Origin: Alphaproteobacteria bacterium
GTDB taxonomy: Bacteria > Pseudomonadota > Alphaproteobacteria > JAJTHO01 > CANGYM01
Length of the DNA: 53,358 nucleotides
NCBI GenBank assembly: GCA_947458235.1
Contig: CANGYP010000003.1
Coordinates: 1-53,358 of the forward strand
Reading direction: 5' to 3'
The notes beneath the pieces were generated by a model that saw only the letters and a list, made by a program, of their open reading frames with translations, did no database searches and was not told the origin of the DNA. Shown here piece after piece: positions 39,627 to 49,260 of the stretch (within the stretch, counting starts at the first letter, position 1; the number at the start of each line of letters is the position of its first letter). The position numbers and the translations under genes are program-made.

Positions 39627-41203
39627 TCCGCATCATGATCCTGTTGATACTGCTGGGGGGGTGGGGGCAGGGGGCTTGGGCGGCAACGCTGGGGAAGTCT
39701 GATCCATTCACGCCGCCGCCAGCATCCACCCCAGCCCCTGATCCGTCGTCCGCGACCCCATCGGGAAGCTCGAATCCTCTGGATTTTGGAAAAATAAACG
39801 TTCCAAATGTGGGCACCATCGATGCGTTTGACCCTGGCGAAAAACGTCTGGCGGAAACGTGCCAGACTTACGAAAGTATGTTTGTTGTGCAGGGGGATAT
39901 TACCGCCAACAATCCAGCGGCCAGTTTGATCCAGAACTTTTTGCGGGCTTTTGCGGCCCTGCAACAGGCCTTTAATACCAAAATTGCGGATGCGGCGGTG
40001 GGGTTGGGGTTGATTTTGCTGGTGTTGTTTTCGTTGTTTTATGGGCTGCGGTTGGTGTTTCCCTTCACCCCTTACGGGCAGATTGCGGAGACCTATAACC
40101 AGATTTTCAATCTGTGGGGTGTGGCGGCCGTGGTGTTTTTGATTGTCATGAATCCGAATTTTATCCCCAACAACGTGGTGTACCCTGTGTTCAAAAGTTT
40201 GGTGAATGCCAATTTTACTTTGCTGCAGGTGTCCTCGACCTTGGCCAACGAGGCCACAGAGGGGGCGTCCAAAACCGACCCCAGTTGCCTAGGGAAATCA
40301 GGGGGCAACAACCCGTTGGAGCGCATCATTCGCGGCATCGTCGAACAAACCACCTACGCCCAAGGCGTCAGTATGAACAACCTGTGCATCAGTCTGAGCA
40401 TTATCGGCTTTGCCGATCCTGATGACGGCGACCGCTGTCTAGAAGCCAACAGGAAAAAAAGCACTATCGAGGCCTGTAAAGCTGAAAATGTGGCCAAAGG
40501 TTTATTGGAGGCGGCGTGGTGTGAGGCCGTGATAGAAGGACAATTCCTGGCTGGGGCTTTTATGGGGGCCCTGGATCTGATAGGGGGACTTTTAAATATG
40601 GCTTGGAAGGCACTTTCATCTGAGAATCCCTTTATGGTGCTCCTTAACGTCGTCATTAAAATGATTTTTGGATTTGGTTTGTTCATGATTGCATTGTATA
40701 AATACCTGATGATCGGGCTTTATATGCTAGAGGCCGCTATGCTGCCCTTTATCCTGTCCGCATTTTGGAGTTTGATTTTGATCGTTGGCATCATTCCTGC
40801 GGGGCGAGAGGTCATCAAAACCGCCTTCTTCGCCGTCTTGCAGGGCGGTGCCACCATCATTTTTCTGGGGGTTGGGCTGTCTGTGATTGCGGCGATGGAT
40901 ACTTATGTCTGGTATCAATTTACGAAGGATCCCAATATGGTCCAAACGACACTCGTCAGTTCCAAAAACTTTATGTACGCTTGGCCTTTATGGATGATTT
41001 TAATCACCAGCTTTGCGGGCATCAACGCCCTGAAGCAGGCACGGTCCATGGCGGAATCGGTCTTTAAAACGGGCCTTAGCTTACAAATCGCCGACAGCTT
41101 GTTTGGAACGTTTAAGCAGATGGTGTATTTTGCCATGGATGTTTTGGGGGATCTGGCCAGTGCTGGGGGCTTTAGCAAAATTCGCCGTGTGGTGCTGCGC
41201 TGA
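39623..41203 (+). CDS. VirB6/TrbL-like polytopic membrane protein (526 aa)
   Basis: Signal peptide, 2 TM, Cys-containing loop, 4-5 TM; similar layout to upstream gene; ATGA overlap. Confidence 0.65.
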   Translation: MIRIMILLILLGGWGQGAWAATLGKSDPFTPPPASTPAPDPSSATPSGSSNPLDFGKINVPNVGTIDAFDPGEKRLAETCQTYESMFVVQGDITANNPAASLIQNFLRAFAALQQAFNTKIADAAVGLGLILLVLFSLFYGLRLVFPFTPYGQIAETYNQIFNLWGVAAVVFLIVMNPNFIPNNVVYPVFKSLVNANFTLLQVSSTLANEATEGASKTDPSCLGKSGGNNPLERIIRGIVEQTTYAQGVSMNNLCISLSIIGFADPDDGDRCLEANRKKSTIEACKAENVAKGLLEAAWCEAVIEGQFLAGAFMGALDLIGGLLNMAWKALSSENPFMVLLNVVIKMIFGFGLFMIALYKYLMIGLYMLEAAMLPFILSAFWSLILIVGIIPAGREVIKTAFFAVLQGGATIIFLGVGLSVIAAMDTYVWYQFTKDPNMVQTTLVSSKNFMYAWPLWMILITSFAGINALKQARSMAESVFKTGLSLQIADSLFGTFKQMVYFAMDVLGDLASAGGFSKIRRVVLR

Positions 41204-41496
41204 TGCATCTGATCTATTGTCCCTGTCCCCAGTATGACGTGGCTGCGGCCTTGGCCCGCGGCCTGTTGGAACAGCGTTTGGCCGTGTGCGTGAACATCAT
41301 CCCCGCCGTCACATCCCTGTTTGTGTGGGATGGTCAGATGGTGCAGGAAACCGAAGGGGTTATGGTGGTGAAAACCCTCACCCCCCAAGAGGCAGAGGCG
41401 TATTTGAGTGCCCATCATCCCTATGACGTGCCCGCCATTATGACCATCCCTGTGCAGGCCAATGCCGCCTTTAAGGCGTGGGCCGAGGGCATATGA
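41203..41496 (+). CDS. cutA: Divalent cation tolerance protein CutA
   Basis: LAVCVNI.P..TS.F.W.G, HHPYDVPAI. Confidence 0.95.
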   Translation: MHLIYCPCPQYDVAAALARGLLEQRLAVCVNIIPAVTSLFVWDGQMVQETEGVMVVKTLTPQEAEAYLSAHHPYDVPAIMTIPVQANAAFKAWAEGI

Positions 41497-42335
41497 GTGT
41501 TGATACCTTGCCTCCTCTGCGGGATATTGTGGCCCAGCATGATCTGGTGGCGAAAAAACGGCATGGGCAAAATTTTTTGTTTGATTTTAACGTTTTAAAA
41601 AAAATCGTCCGCTTTTCGGGGGCCCCCCAGCATGACACCGTTGTGGAAATCGGCCCAGGACCTGGGGGCCTGACCCGCGCCCTGTTTTTAGAGGGCTATC
41701 AAACCGTCATCGTCATTGAAAAAGACCCCCAGTTTCTGGATGTGCTACGGGATATTCAGGCCGTGGCCCCCCTGCAGATTGTGATGCAGGATGCCTTGAC
41801 CGTGGATTTTGCCCAGTTGGGGCAGGGGCCCCGCCACATCGTGGCCAATTTGCCCTATAATATCAGCACACCCTTACTCACCCGTTTTTTGACGGCTCGC
41901 GCCGACATCGCCAGCATCACCGTTTTGTTGCAAAAGGAAGTCAGCGAACGTATGGCCGCCCCCCATGGCAGCAAGGTTTACGGCCGCCTGAGCATTCTAG
42001 CCCAAGCCCTGTGCGATGTGGCCCTTGGCCCCATTGTCTCGGGACAGGCCTTTGTTCCCCCGCCAAAGGTGACATCCCAAGTCATTCGTCTGATCCCCAA
42101 GCCCACCGCCGTCTGTGTGCAGACCTTGCAGCACGTCACGGCGGTGGCGTTTCAGGCGCGGCGAAAAATGATCCAAAGCACCTTGATGAAGGCCCTACCT
42201 CTGACGCCACAGGACTTAGAGGCCCTCAATCTCACCCCCAGCCACCGGCCAGAGCAAATTCCTGTCCCCACATTTGTGGCGTTGGCCCAACTTTTGCAAC
42301 CGCGTTTACATTTGGGCAATGTTTGTCTGCCATAA
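41493..42335 (+). CDS. rsmA: 16S rRNA adenine dimethyltransferase
   Basis: GQNFLFD, EIGPGPGGLT, VANLPYNI, QKEV.ER, F.PPPKV.S. Confidence 0.97.
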   Translation: MSVDTLPPLRDIVAQHDLVAKKRHGQNFLFDFNVLKKIVRFSGAPQHDTVVEIGPGPGGLTRALFLEGYQTVIVIEKDPQFLDVLRDIQAVAPLQIVMQDALTVDFAQLGQGPRHIVANLPYNISTPLLTRFLTARADIASITVLLQKEVSERMAAPHGSKVYGRLSILAQALCDVALGPIVSGQAFVPPPKVTSQVIRLIPKPTAVCVQTLQHVTAVAFQARRKMIQSTLMKALPLTPQDLEALNLTPSHRPEQIPVPTFVALAQLLQPRLHLGNVCLP

Positions 42336-42369
42336 ATTTTTTAAGACGGTTTAAAAAAAGCATAACACG

Positions 42370-43767
42370 ATGACGAACCTTCGCAGTAGCTTACAAACGG
42401 GCCTACAGCAATCTTTGGTGATGACACCTAAGCTGCAACAGGCCATAAAATTGTTACAGTTATCCTCCGTGGAGGTTGCGGCGGAAATCGCGCCCTATCT
42501 TTTGGAAAATCCCCTGCTGGAAATGGATGATGGATTGCTGGAGGGGCCCAAAGCACCCGCTAGCGATGCCCCCCACGATCTGGACATCAGCGATCAAGAT
42601 TTTTGGGACCCTAGTTCGGATTTATCCTGCATCGATCTGCCCCGCGCAGACGCCGATCACGATCTGTTGCTCGAGCGGGGCGAGGAAGAAAGCCTGCGGT
42701 CCTATATCAGCCGTCATATCGGCCTGTTGTTCTCGCATCCTGCGGACATTATGATTGCTTTGCGGTTGCTGGATGGGTTGGATGCTTCGGGATACTTGGT
42801 GGATAGTGTGGCGGAGATTGCCCAGCAGCTGGGAACCCAGATCGAAGAGGTAGAAAGCGTTCTTCAGGTTTTACAAACGCTGGAACCAGCGGGCCTGTTT
42901 GCCAGAACGCTGGCGGAGTGTCTTAGTTTGCAACTGCGCGACCGTAACCGTCTGGACCCCCAAATGGAAACTTTGATCGACCATCTGGAGGATCTGGGGG
43001 GCCAACACTATGACAAACTCATGTCTTGGTGCCAAGTCACGCGGGACGAGCTGAAGGCCATGGTGACAGAAATCAAAAGTTTGAACCCCCGCCCGGGCAC
43101 CCGTTTCCTCAGCGAACGCGCCGAAACCATGATCCCCGATGTGCTGGTGAAAAAAGACGCTGCGGGCCTGTGGCAGGTGCATTTGAATCCAGTGGCCTTT
43201 CCCAAAATCACCTTTCAACAGGCCGTGTATGATAATTTGAAACATCGTTTGGAGCGGAAAGAAGACAAAGCCTATCTGACCCAAAGCCGCAGCAATGCGG
43301 ACTGGTTATTGCGGGCCCTGCAACAGCGGGCCGAATCCATTTGCAAAGTTGCATCAGAAATCGTGCGCCAGCAAGAGGCCTTTTTCAACCACGGCATCGT
43401 GTATTTGAAACCCATGGTGCTGCGGGATGTGGCGGAAAAAACAGGCCTGCACGAAAGCACCATCAGCCGCGTCACCACCCAAAAATTTATGGTCACCCCG
43501 CGGGGCACCTTTGAAATGAAATACTTTTTCGGGCAGGGGATTGCGAACGCCATCGGCACGACCTATAGCGCGAAATACATCAAAGAGCGCATCGCCCATC
43601 ATATCCGTCAGGAAACCCCGCAAACGGTCCTTTCCGATGACGCGCTGGTGGAGATCCTGAAACAGGAAGGCATCGACGCCGCCCGCCGCACCGTGGCCAA
43701 GTACCGCGAGGCCATGAACATTCCCTCCTCCGCTCAGCGTCGTCGGGGACTGAGGGCCGCGCTCTAG
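42370..43767 (+). CDS. rpoN: RNA polymerase sigma-54 factor
   Basis: MTP.LQQAIKLLQLS, LHESTISR, RpoN box ARRTVAKYRE. Confidence 0.98.
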   Translation: MTNLRSSLQTGLQQSLVMTPKLQQAIKLLQLSSVEVAAEIAPYLLENPLLEMDDGLLEGPKAPASDAPHDLDISDQDFWDPSSDLSCIDLPRADADHDLLLERGEEESLRSYISRHIGLLFSHPADIMIALRLLDGLDASGYLVDSVAEIAQQLGTQIEEVESVLQVLQTLEPAGLFARTLAECLSLQLRDRNRLDPQMETLIDHLEDLGGQHYDKLMSWCQVTRDELKAMVTEIKSLNPRPGTRFLSERAETMIPDVLVKKDAAGLWQVHLNPVAFPKITFQQAVYDNLKHRLERKEDKAYLTQSRSNADWLLRALQQRAESICKVASEIVRQQEAFFNHGIVYLKPMVLRDVAEKTGLHESTISRVTTQKFMVTPRGTFEMKYFFGQGIANAIGTTYSAKYIKERIAHHIRQETPQTVLSDDALVEILKQEGIDAARRTVAKYREAMNIPSSAQRRRGLRAAL

Positions 43768-45098
43768 GGCATGGGTTTTAAAAAGCCCGTCTTGGCCAAA
43801 CTTTCCTGATATTCCATCATGGGGTCCGAATCCTCCACAATGCCGCACCCAGTATGAAGATACAGGCGGTTTTTTCCCCAGACCAAGGTGCGGATCAGCA
43901 CATTAAACTGCATCGCCCCTGTGGCACTGATATACCCCATAGACCCGCAGAAAGGCCCCCGCGCCATGGGTTCGATGCGCGTGATTTCATCAATGGCTTT
44001 GATTTTTGGGGCGCCGGTGACGGATCCGCTGGGAAACAGGGTTTTTAAAATGGTTTGGGGGGATGTGTCCTCGTAAACCTTGCCCTGTAGGGTGCTGGTC
44101 ATCTGGTGGACATAGGAATAGGATTCCACCGACCACAAATGGGGCACAGTGACACTGCCCGCGTAACATAGCTTGGCCATATCATGACGCATCAAATCCA
44201 CAATCATCAGGTTTTCGGCCCGATCTTTTGCACTGGTTTGCAGCTGGGTTTTTAATCGCTCATCATTCTGGGGGTCCTCTCTATCACGGGGCCGCGTGCC
44301 TTTCATGGGGCGCATGGTCAAATCATTTTGGGGGTTTAGGTGAAAAAACAGCTCTGGCGATAGGGACAACAACACCGCATCCCCCATATCCAAAAACCCG
44401 CCATAGGGGGCGGGGTGGTTCTGGTTTAATGCGTGATACAGGCGCGGCAGATCCTTCTGGGGATACGGTCCCTCGAACGCTTGGGCAATGTTCACCTGAT
44501 ACACGGTGCCAGCGGCAATGCTGGCGCGGGCGTCCTCTATCATGGCGGTGTAGGCCTCTGGGGATAGACATGGCCTTAAAACGGGCAGGGCAGGGCAGGG
44601 GGCTTGCAGGGCCTTTTCTTGGTCCGCAATCAAACGCCTGTAGGCTTTTTCTAGGGTCCAAAGGCGTCTTCGCGCCGTTGTTTCCCAAGCTTTATGGGTG
44701 GTTTCCGGAAATCCATTGGCCATGGCCACCGCTCGTTTCTCTTTATGATCCAGTGCCAGTACGGCGGGATAATATCCCATCCATGCGAAAGGGTAGGGGG
44801 CATAGGCGTCATGGGGTTTGACGGATTGCTGTTCCAGACCATGCAGCATCTCGTACCCCCAAAACCCCATCCAGCCCGTTTGAAAGGGGGGCAGGTCATC
44901 TTTGGCTTTTAAGGTGGGGCAGGGGGATCCCCTATCCCAAAGATCATCGGGGGATGGTAGGGTATCATGCCGAATCATCTTGTCAGGGGAAAACCCCAGA
45001 TAAGTATAGCGGGCTGTATCTTGCAGCACGCAAAGGCCACGGGACCAAGGGATGAGGGGGCCCAGATAGGGCAGACAAGACGTTACAACCGAAAACAC
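43764..45098 (-). CDS. pabB: Aminodeoxychorismate synthase component I
   Basis: SLSPELF, PMKGTRPR, KDRAENLMIVDLMR, FPSGSVTGAPK; start uncertain. Confidence 0.88.
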   Translation of the reverse strand: MFSVVTSCLPYLGPLIPWSRGLCVLQDTARYTYLGFSPDKMIRHDTLPSPDDLWDRGSPCPTLKAKDDLPPFQTGWMGFWGYEMLHGLEQQSVKPHDAYAPYPFAWMGYYPAVLALDHKEKRAVAMANGFPETTHKAWETTARRRLWTLEKAYRRLIADQEKALQAPCPALPVLRPCLSPEAYTAMIEDARASIAAGTVYQVNIAQAFEGPYPQKDLPRLYHALNQNHPAPYGGFLDMGDAVLLSLSPELFFHLNPQNDLTMRPMKGTRPRDREDPQNDERLKTQLQTSAKDRAENLMIVDLMRHDMAKLCYAGSVTVPHLWSVESYSYVHQMTSTLQGKVYEDTSPQTILKTLFPSGSVTGAPKIKAIDEITRIEPMARGPFCGSMGYISATGAMQFNVLIRTLVWGKNRLYLHTGCGIVEDSDPMMEYQESLAKTGFLKPMP

Positions 45099-45148
45099 AG
45101 GGGCAAAACCAGCGCGTGGGATAAGACACAGGCCCCCATCATATCCGA

Positions 45149-45832
45149 CTATTCAGCAAAACGAATGACTTTTAAACCGCGTTGTTGGCGTTGATTCAGG
45201 ATTTCATAACGACGGGCCCGCTCCATAAGGGCCACGCGTTCGTAAACCTTCCGCACAGCGGGGGGGTACGAGGGAGCACCACGGGTCACAGGCGCCGACG
45301 CTGTAGGCTCGCCCCGCTGTTTACGCCAAGCGGTCAGAATACGCTTTTTATAGATCATCTGCCGCTCTGGTGTTGCGGAATGGTAATAGGCGATGGCCCG
45401 CGCCCACGTAGTGTGACGGGCCTTCAGCTCTTGCAGAAACTGCGCGGCGTAGGTGACGTTGGCCATGGGGTCAAAGCCTTCTTCTAAGGAAGAAAACGCC
45501 TTAGGGTGATGTTTTAGATTGATTTGCATGCACCCGATGTCAATGCTTTTTTTGCCCTGCTTGCGGAATTTTTCAACGGCGGCAACGGCTTCTTGCTTGC
45601 TGTCGTAATAATGGCCAGCCCCTTCAACGTTCAGGGTCCATGGCCAACCTTCTGTTTTTCCATTTAAATAACGGCCTGATTCTGTGACGGAGATAGCGTC
45701 TAGCAATTGATAGGGCATACCGTATTGCCGCTCAACCTGACGGATGGCATCATAACACACGCCAGCCCACGCCCCCCCCGCCCCCATAAGGCCAAACAGA
45801 CAAAGGCAAGCCACGATCCGAACAGGTTTCAT
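45149..45832 (-). CDS. Secreted lytic transglycosylase (PleA/VirB1-like SLT)
   Basis: Signal peptide, AIS.TESG, WPWT.N..G, SIDIGCMQINL, YYHS. Confidence 0.92.
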   Translation of the reverse strand: MKPVRIVACLCLFGLMGAGGAWAGVCYDAIRQVERQYGMPYQLLDAISVTESGRYLNGKTEGWPWTLNVEGAGHYYDSKQEAVAAVEKFRKQGKKSIDIGCMQINLKHHPKAFSSLEEGFDPMANVTYAAQFLQELKARHTTWARAIAYYHSATPERQMIYKKRILTAWRKQRGEPTASAPVTRGAPSYPPAVRKVYERVALMERARRYEILNQRQQRGLKVIRFAE

Positions 45833-45969
45833 GACAAAAGAATCATTAATTTCACAGTTGAGTTTACAGCCGTAACGATGAACAAAAAGTAAAAATGCGC
45901 AATAAAATTGATGATATCATCATTTGCTTTTCATGTCGATTGTGTTTATCACAGAGGCACACTTTTTTT

Positions 45970-46059
45970 GGATGGGTGGCAGAGTGGTCGAATGCGCCGG
46001 TCTCGAAAACCGGTATGGCGGCAACGCCATCGTGGGTTCAAATCCCACCCCATCCGCCA
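45970..46059 (+). tRNA. tRNA-Ser(CGA)
   Basis: Acceptor GGATGGG/CCCATCC, anticodon arm CCGGT-CTCGAAA-ACCGG, long variable arm, GGTTCAAATCC, CCA. Confidence 0.97.
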
Positions 46060-46236
46060 TATAAAACAAGGCTTTATTGCTAAAATTTTTCAGCCAAAAA
46101 AGCCCCCTATTTTTCGCTCTGGCACACTGGCGGCACATTTTTTAAAAACAAGCCACAAGAAACCGCAGCAAAACAATGATTCAACCACAAAACGTTTTTT
46201 AACTTTTGGACGTTGCAGGATAACGGAAGATCCCCT

Positions 46237-46260
46237 CTGTCACCTGTCACCTGTCACCTG
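46237..46260 (+). repeat. Heptamer tandem repeat (CTGTCAC)x3.4
   Basis: ctgtcac ctgtcac ctgtcac ctg, overlapping the cyclase stop codon. Confidence 0.9.
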
Positions 46261-47568
46261 CTGCGGCCACACCCCATACAAAATATGATCCAGATCCTGA
46301 CAATCCTTTTTGTCGTGGTTGTTCAGGGCGGCGTAGGTGGCGCGGTCCATCAGGATGGGGCAGGCGTATTTTTTGGAAAACGCCTGTAATTTGACGGCAT
46401 AATTCACGCAGTTGCCGATGACGGTATAATCCATGCGGTCGTGAACCCCGATGTTGCCAGAAATGACCTCCCCCGTGGATAGGGTGATGCCCACCTGAAC
46501 GGGGTGCAAAAAGCGGCTTTGGTGCAGTTGCAGGCGTTCGTGAATCTGGCGGGCGGCGCGGTACGCCATGGTGGCATGTTCATGATTGGGAATGGGGGTG
46601 CCAAAAATCGCCAGCACGCCGTCCCCCATGTATTTATCGACGATGCCTTGGCAGGATCGAATGTCCTCCACAATCACTTCGTACACCATGTTCAGCAGGG
46701 ATACGGTCCGCGCCGCCCCCAAGCGCTGGGTGATGCCGGTAAAATCCCGAATGTCGGTGAACAGGACGGTGACTTGGCGCTCGGTCCCGCCCAAATCCAC
46801 GGTGGGGTTTTGCAGCATGCCCTCCAGCACCGTTTGGGGCATATAGCGGGACAGCATTTGCCGCTCCCGCAAATAATGCAGCGCATCCAGATATGATGCC
46901 AACAGCGACCCCATCAGGGTCAAACGCTGGACCTCAACCGTGCGAAAGGGCTGTTTGCGCGTCAGCACCATCATCAGGGGCGGGGCGGCTTCAACAGGTA
47001 TGGGGAAATACAATCGGGGACGGCCCCCGTCGGCAGGGGTATTGTCAATGCTGGACTGGTCATGCCACGGCACAGCCACCACCCGATCCACCCGCATGTC
47101 CCGAATGTTCGAGGCCACCACCGTCCCCATTTGGTTCACAATAAACGCATCCGTCCAATGGGCAATAAAATCAATGGCCTGCTCCAGCAGGTGATTGCGA
47201 TCCGAAATTTTGGAAAAGGTTTTGGCCGCATCCAGCAGGGTGTTCTGATCCCGATACATCTCCAGAACTTCGGATGACAGCTCGTACTGTAAGGTGGTGT
47301 GATGATCCAGCGCAGCCAAAACCGTTTGGCACAGATCCAAAACATCCTGCGGCACCGTTTGATCCGTTTGATACACCAAAGACAGGCTGCCCGAGGTCAG
47401 AAAATGGGTGGGGGTGGCGGGGTCTAGGGATTCATCCTGCTCCCACGTATAAACCACGGTATCCTGAAGCAAAATAGAAAGACTGGAGGCCATCAACGTG
47501 CGAATCAGAGACGCGAGCAGGCCCGAATCCTTTAACGTTCGCAGCAGTTTACGCCCTTTGGCGTGCAT
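46240..47568 (-). CDS. Class III adenylate cyclase with N-terminal GAF-like region
   Basis: VLFTDIRDFT, DKYMGDGVLAIFG, DYTVIGNCVNYA; the K/D pair indicates ATP specificity. Confidence 0.92.
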   Translation of the reverse strand: MHAKGRKLLRTLKDSGLLASLIRTLMASSLSILLQDTVVYTWEQDESLDPATPTHFLTSGSLSLVYQTDQTVPQDVLDLCQTVLAALDHHTTLQYELSSEVLEMYRDQNTLLDAAKTFSKISDRNHLLEQAIDFIAHWTDAFIVNQMGTVVASNIRDMRVDRVVAVPWHDQSSIDNTPADGGRPRLYFPIPVEAAPPLMMVLTRKQPFRTVEVQRLTLMGSLLASYLDALHYLRERQMLSRYMPQTVLEGMLQNPTVDLGGTERQVTVLFTDIRDFTGITQRLGAARTVSLLNMVYEVIVEDIRSCQGIVDKYMGDGVLAIFGTPIPNHEHATMAYRAARQIHERLQLHQSRFLHPVQVGITLSTGEVISGNIGVHDRMDYTVIGNCVNYAVKLQAFSKKYACPILMDRATYAALNNHDKKDCQDLDHILYGVWPQQVTGDR

Positions 47569-47574
47569 AGGGCC

Positions 47575-47973
47575 TCACGATACCGTCACGGATAAAACAG
47601 AGGCCACTTTGCCCAACAAAGCATCCGGATCAAAGGGTTTGGTCACATAATCATCCGCCCCGACATCGTGACCATGGGCGCGATCGGCGCTTTGCCCCCG
47701 AGCCGTCAGCAAAATGATATACGGATTATAGTTTGCCGATAAATGTTTAATTTTTTGACACGCATCAAAGCCATCCATTTCGGGCATCATAACATCCATC
47801 ACGATGACGTCGGGATGCTGGCGGTCCGCCAGATCCACAGCCTGCACCCCGTTGGTGCCCATCAATAGGTCCACGTTATGCTCCTCCAGATCCTCCAGCG
47901 TTTGTTCCAGAAGGATGCGGATGTAGGCTTCGTCATCAACGATCAGGACTTTTTTGGTGCTCATAGGCATCAT
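47575..47973 (-). CDS. Single-domain response regulator (REC)
   Basis: LIVDDE, MDVMMP, LTA, KPF. Confidence 0.95.
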   Translation of the reverse strand: MMPMSTKKVLIVDDEAYIRILLEQTLEDLEEHNVDLLMGTNGVQAVDLADRQHPDVIVMDVMMPEMDGFDACQKIKHLSANYNPYIILLTARGQSADRAHGHDVGADDYVTKPFDPDALLGKVASVLSVTVS

Positions 47974-48041
47974 GATAACAGAATCAAGCCGCTAAGTCCA
48001 GACTCTCAAAGCTCTTAGCGGCCCAACCCCCACAGCCTCCC

Positions 48042-48785
48042 TTAAAAAGGCAGGATAATGTCCAGCATTTCCGATCCATAGCGGGCACCCTGAATGTCGC
48101 TGATGTGGCCACGGCCGCCGTAGGAAATGCGGGCCTCAGCAATTTGGTCATAGGAGATGGTGTTTTTGTTGGTGATATCTTCCTGCCGAATGATGCCGGC
48201 GATTTGCAGCTCGCGCACTTCGTAATTCACCCGCACCTCTTGCCGTCCCAGAATCACCAGGTTTCCGTTGGGCAGTTTTTGGGTCACTACGGCGGCGACT
48301 TTCAGGTTGATTTGTTCTTTGCGATCGATGGTGCCGTCGCTTTTGTTGCTTAACTCGCTGCTGGTGTCCACCAACTTTGTGGGATCCACCCCATCGGGCA
48401 AAATTTTCCCTAGATAATTTTCCAGTCCCAAAACGTTGGGGGCGGCCACGGAATCGCTGTTTTGGCGGGAGCGCTCCGATGTGTTGTCCAGTTTGGCGTC
48501 ATCATCAATGGTGACGGTGACGGTCAACAGGTCCCCCACATCATGGGCCCGCAAATCTTTAAAAAACGACTTGCTGCCTTGGCGCCACAGGGATCCTGTG
48601 GCCGCGGGTGCCTCCACCATGGGCGGCGGCACGGGAATGGATACTGGACGGTATCCGGCGGCTTGTATGGGGTTTTCAATGGCGGTCAGTTCTGGCGGCT
48701 CCCCCACGCGGGAAGCGCGATCCAAAAACGACGCGCATGCCCCCAACGATAAACACAGGCACGTTAACAACAGATGACGGATCAT
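48042..48785 (-). CDS. flgH: Flagellar L-ring protein
   Basis: Lipobox LGAC, FFKDLRA..VGD, LPNGNL.I.G, AEARISYGGRG. Confidence 0.96.
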   Translation of the reverse strand: MIRHLLLTCLCLSLGACASFLDRASRVGEPPELTAIENPIQAAGYRPVSIPVPPPMVEAPAATGSLWRQGSKSFFKDLRAHDVGDLLTVTVTIDDDAKLDNTSERSRQNSDSVAAPNVLGLENYLGKILPDGVDPTKLVDTSSELSNKSDGTIDRKEQINLKVAAVVTQKLPNGNLVILGRQEVRVNYEVRELQIAGIIRQEDITNKNTISYDQIAEARISYGGRGHISDIQGARYGSEMLDIILPF

Positions 48786-49255
48786 GGCACGGCTCCTTCG
48801 CTGGCCACCACGACCGTGGCCGATTGTTTGCCGCTGACCACAGCGGATATGACTTTTTTGCTGGTTAAATTCATCACGCGAATGACATCACCCATGGCCC
48901 CATCGTCCATGGCTTGGCCTTGGGCGGTTAGACGCATTTGGTTGGTTTCCACTGTCAGGGTAACCAGTTCCTTTTTGTACACAAGGATCGGGGCGGCGAT
49001 GGCATTTTTGCGAATGATGGTCCCTTCCTTCAGGGTGCGCTTGACCTCCATCCCCACCAGAGATTTCAGATCCACCACGGCGTTGCTGGACAGGTCCCGC
49101 GCGGGCACGGACAGGATCTGCAAGTCTGCCTCTGCAATCATCTCCCCTGTGGACAGAGTGCGGGCGGGGACGTAAACCTCTACCATGTCTTCCTCGGCCA
49201 TGGCCATGGGGGCCAAGGTTATCAGAAAAAACACAACGCTAAACAGATGTTTCAT
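48782..49255 (-). CDS. flgA: Flagellar P-ring chaperone
   Basis: SAF-like domain, G.AM.DGA.GD.IRV.N..S; between flgG and flgH. Confidence 0.92.
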   Translation of the reverse strand: MKHLFSVVFFLITLAPMAMAEEDMVEVYVPARTLSTGEMIAEADLQILSVPARDLSSNAVVDLKSLVGMEVKRTLKEGTIIRKNAIAAPILVYKKELVTLTVETNQMRLTAQGQAMDDGAMGDVIRVMNLTSKKVISAVVSGKQSATVVVASEGAVP

Positions 49256-49260
49256 GGGAT

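Noticed and set aside
42341-42354. CtrA-like site upstream of rpoN (TTAA-N6-TTAA)
   Set aside because: Spacing is 6 rather than 7, in AT-rich context
46120-46136. Sigma-54-like TGGCAC-N5-CGGC after tRNA-Ser(CGA)
   Set aside because: Poor -12 element and no downstream plus-strand gene
45895-46288. Small ORFs overlapping tRNA-Ser(CGA)
   Set aside because: Translations of the tRNA sequence
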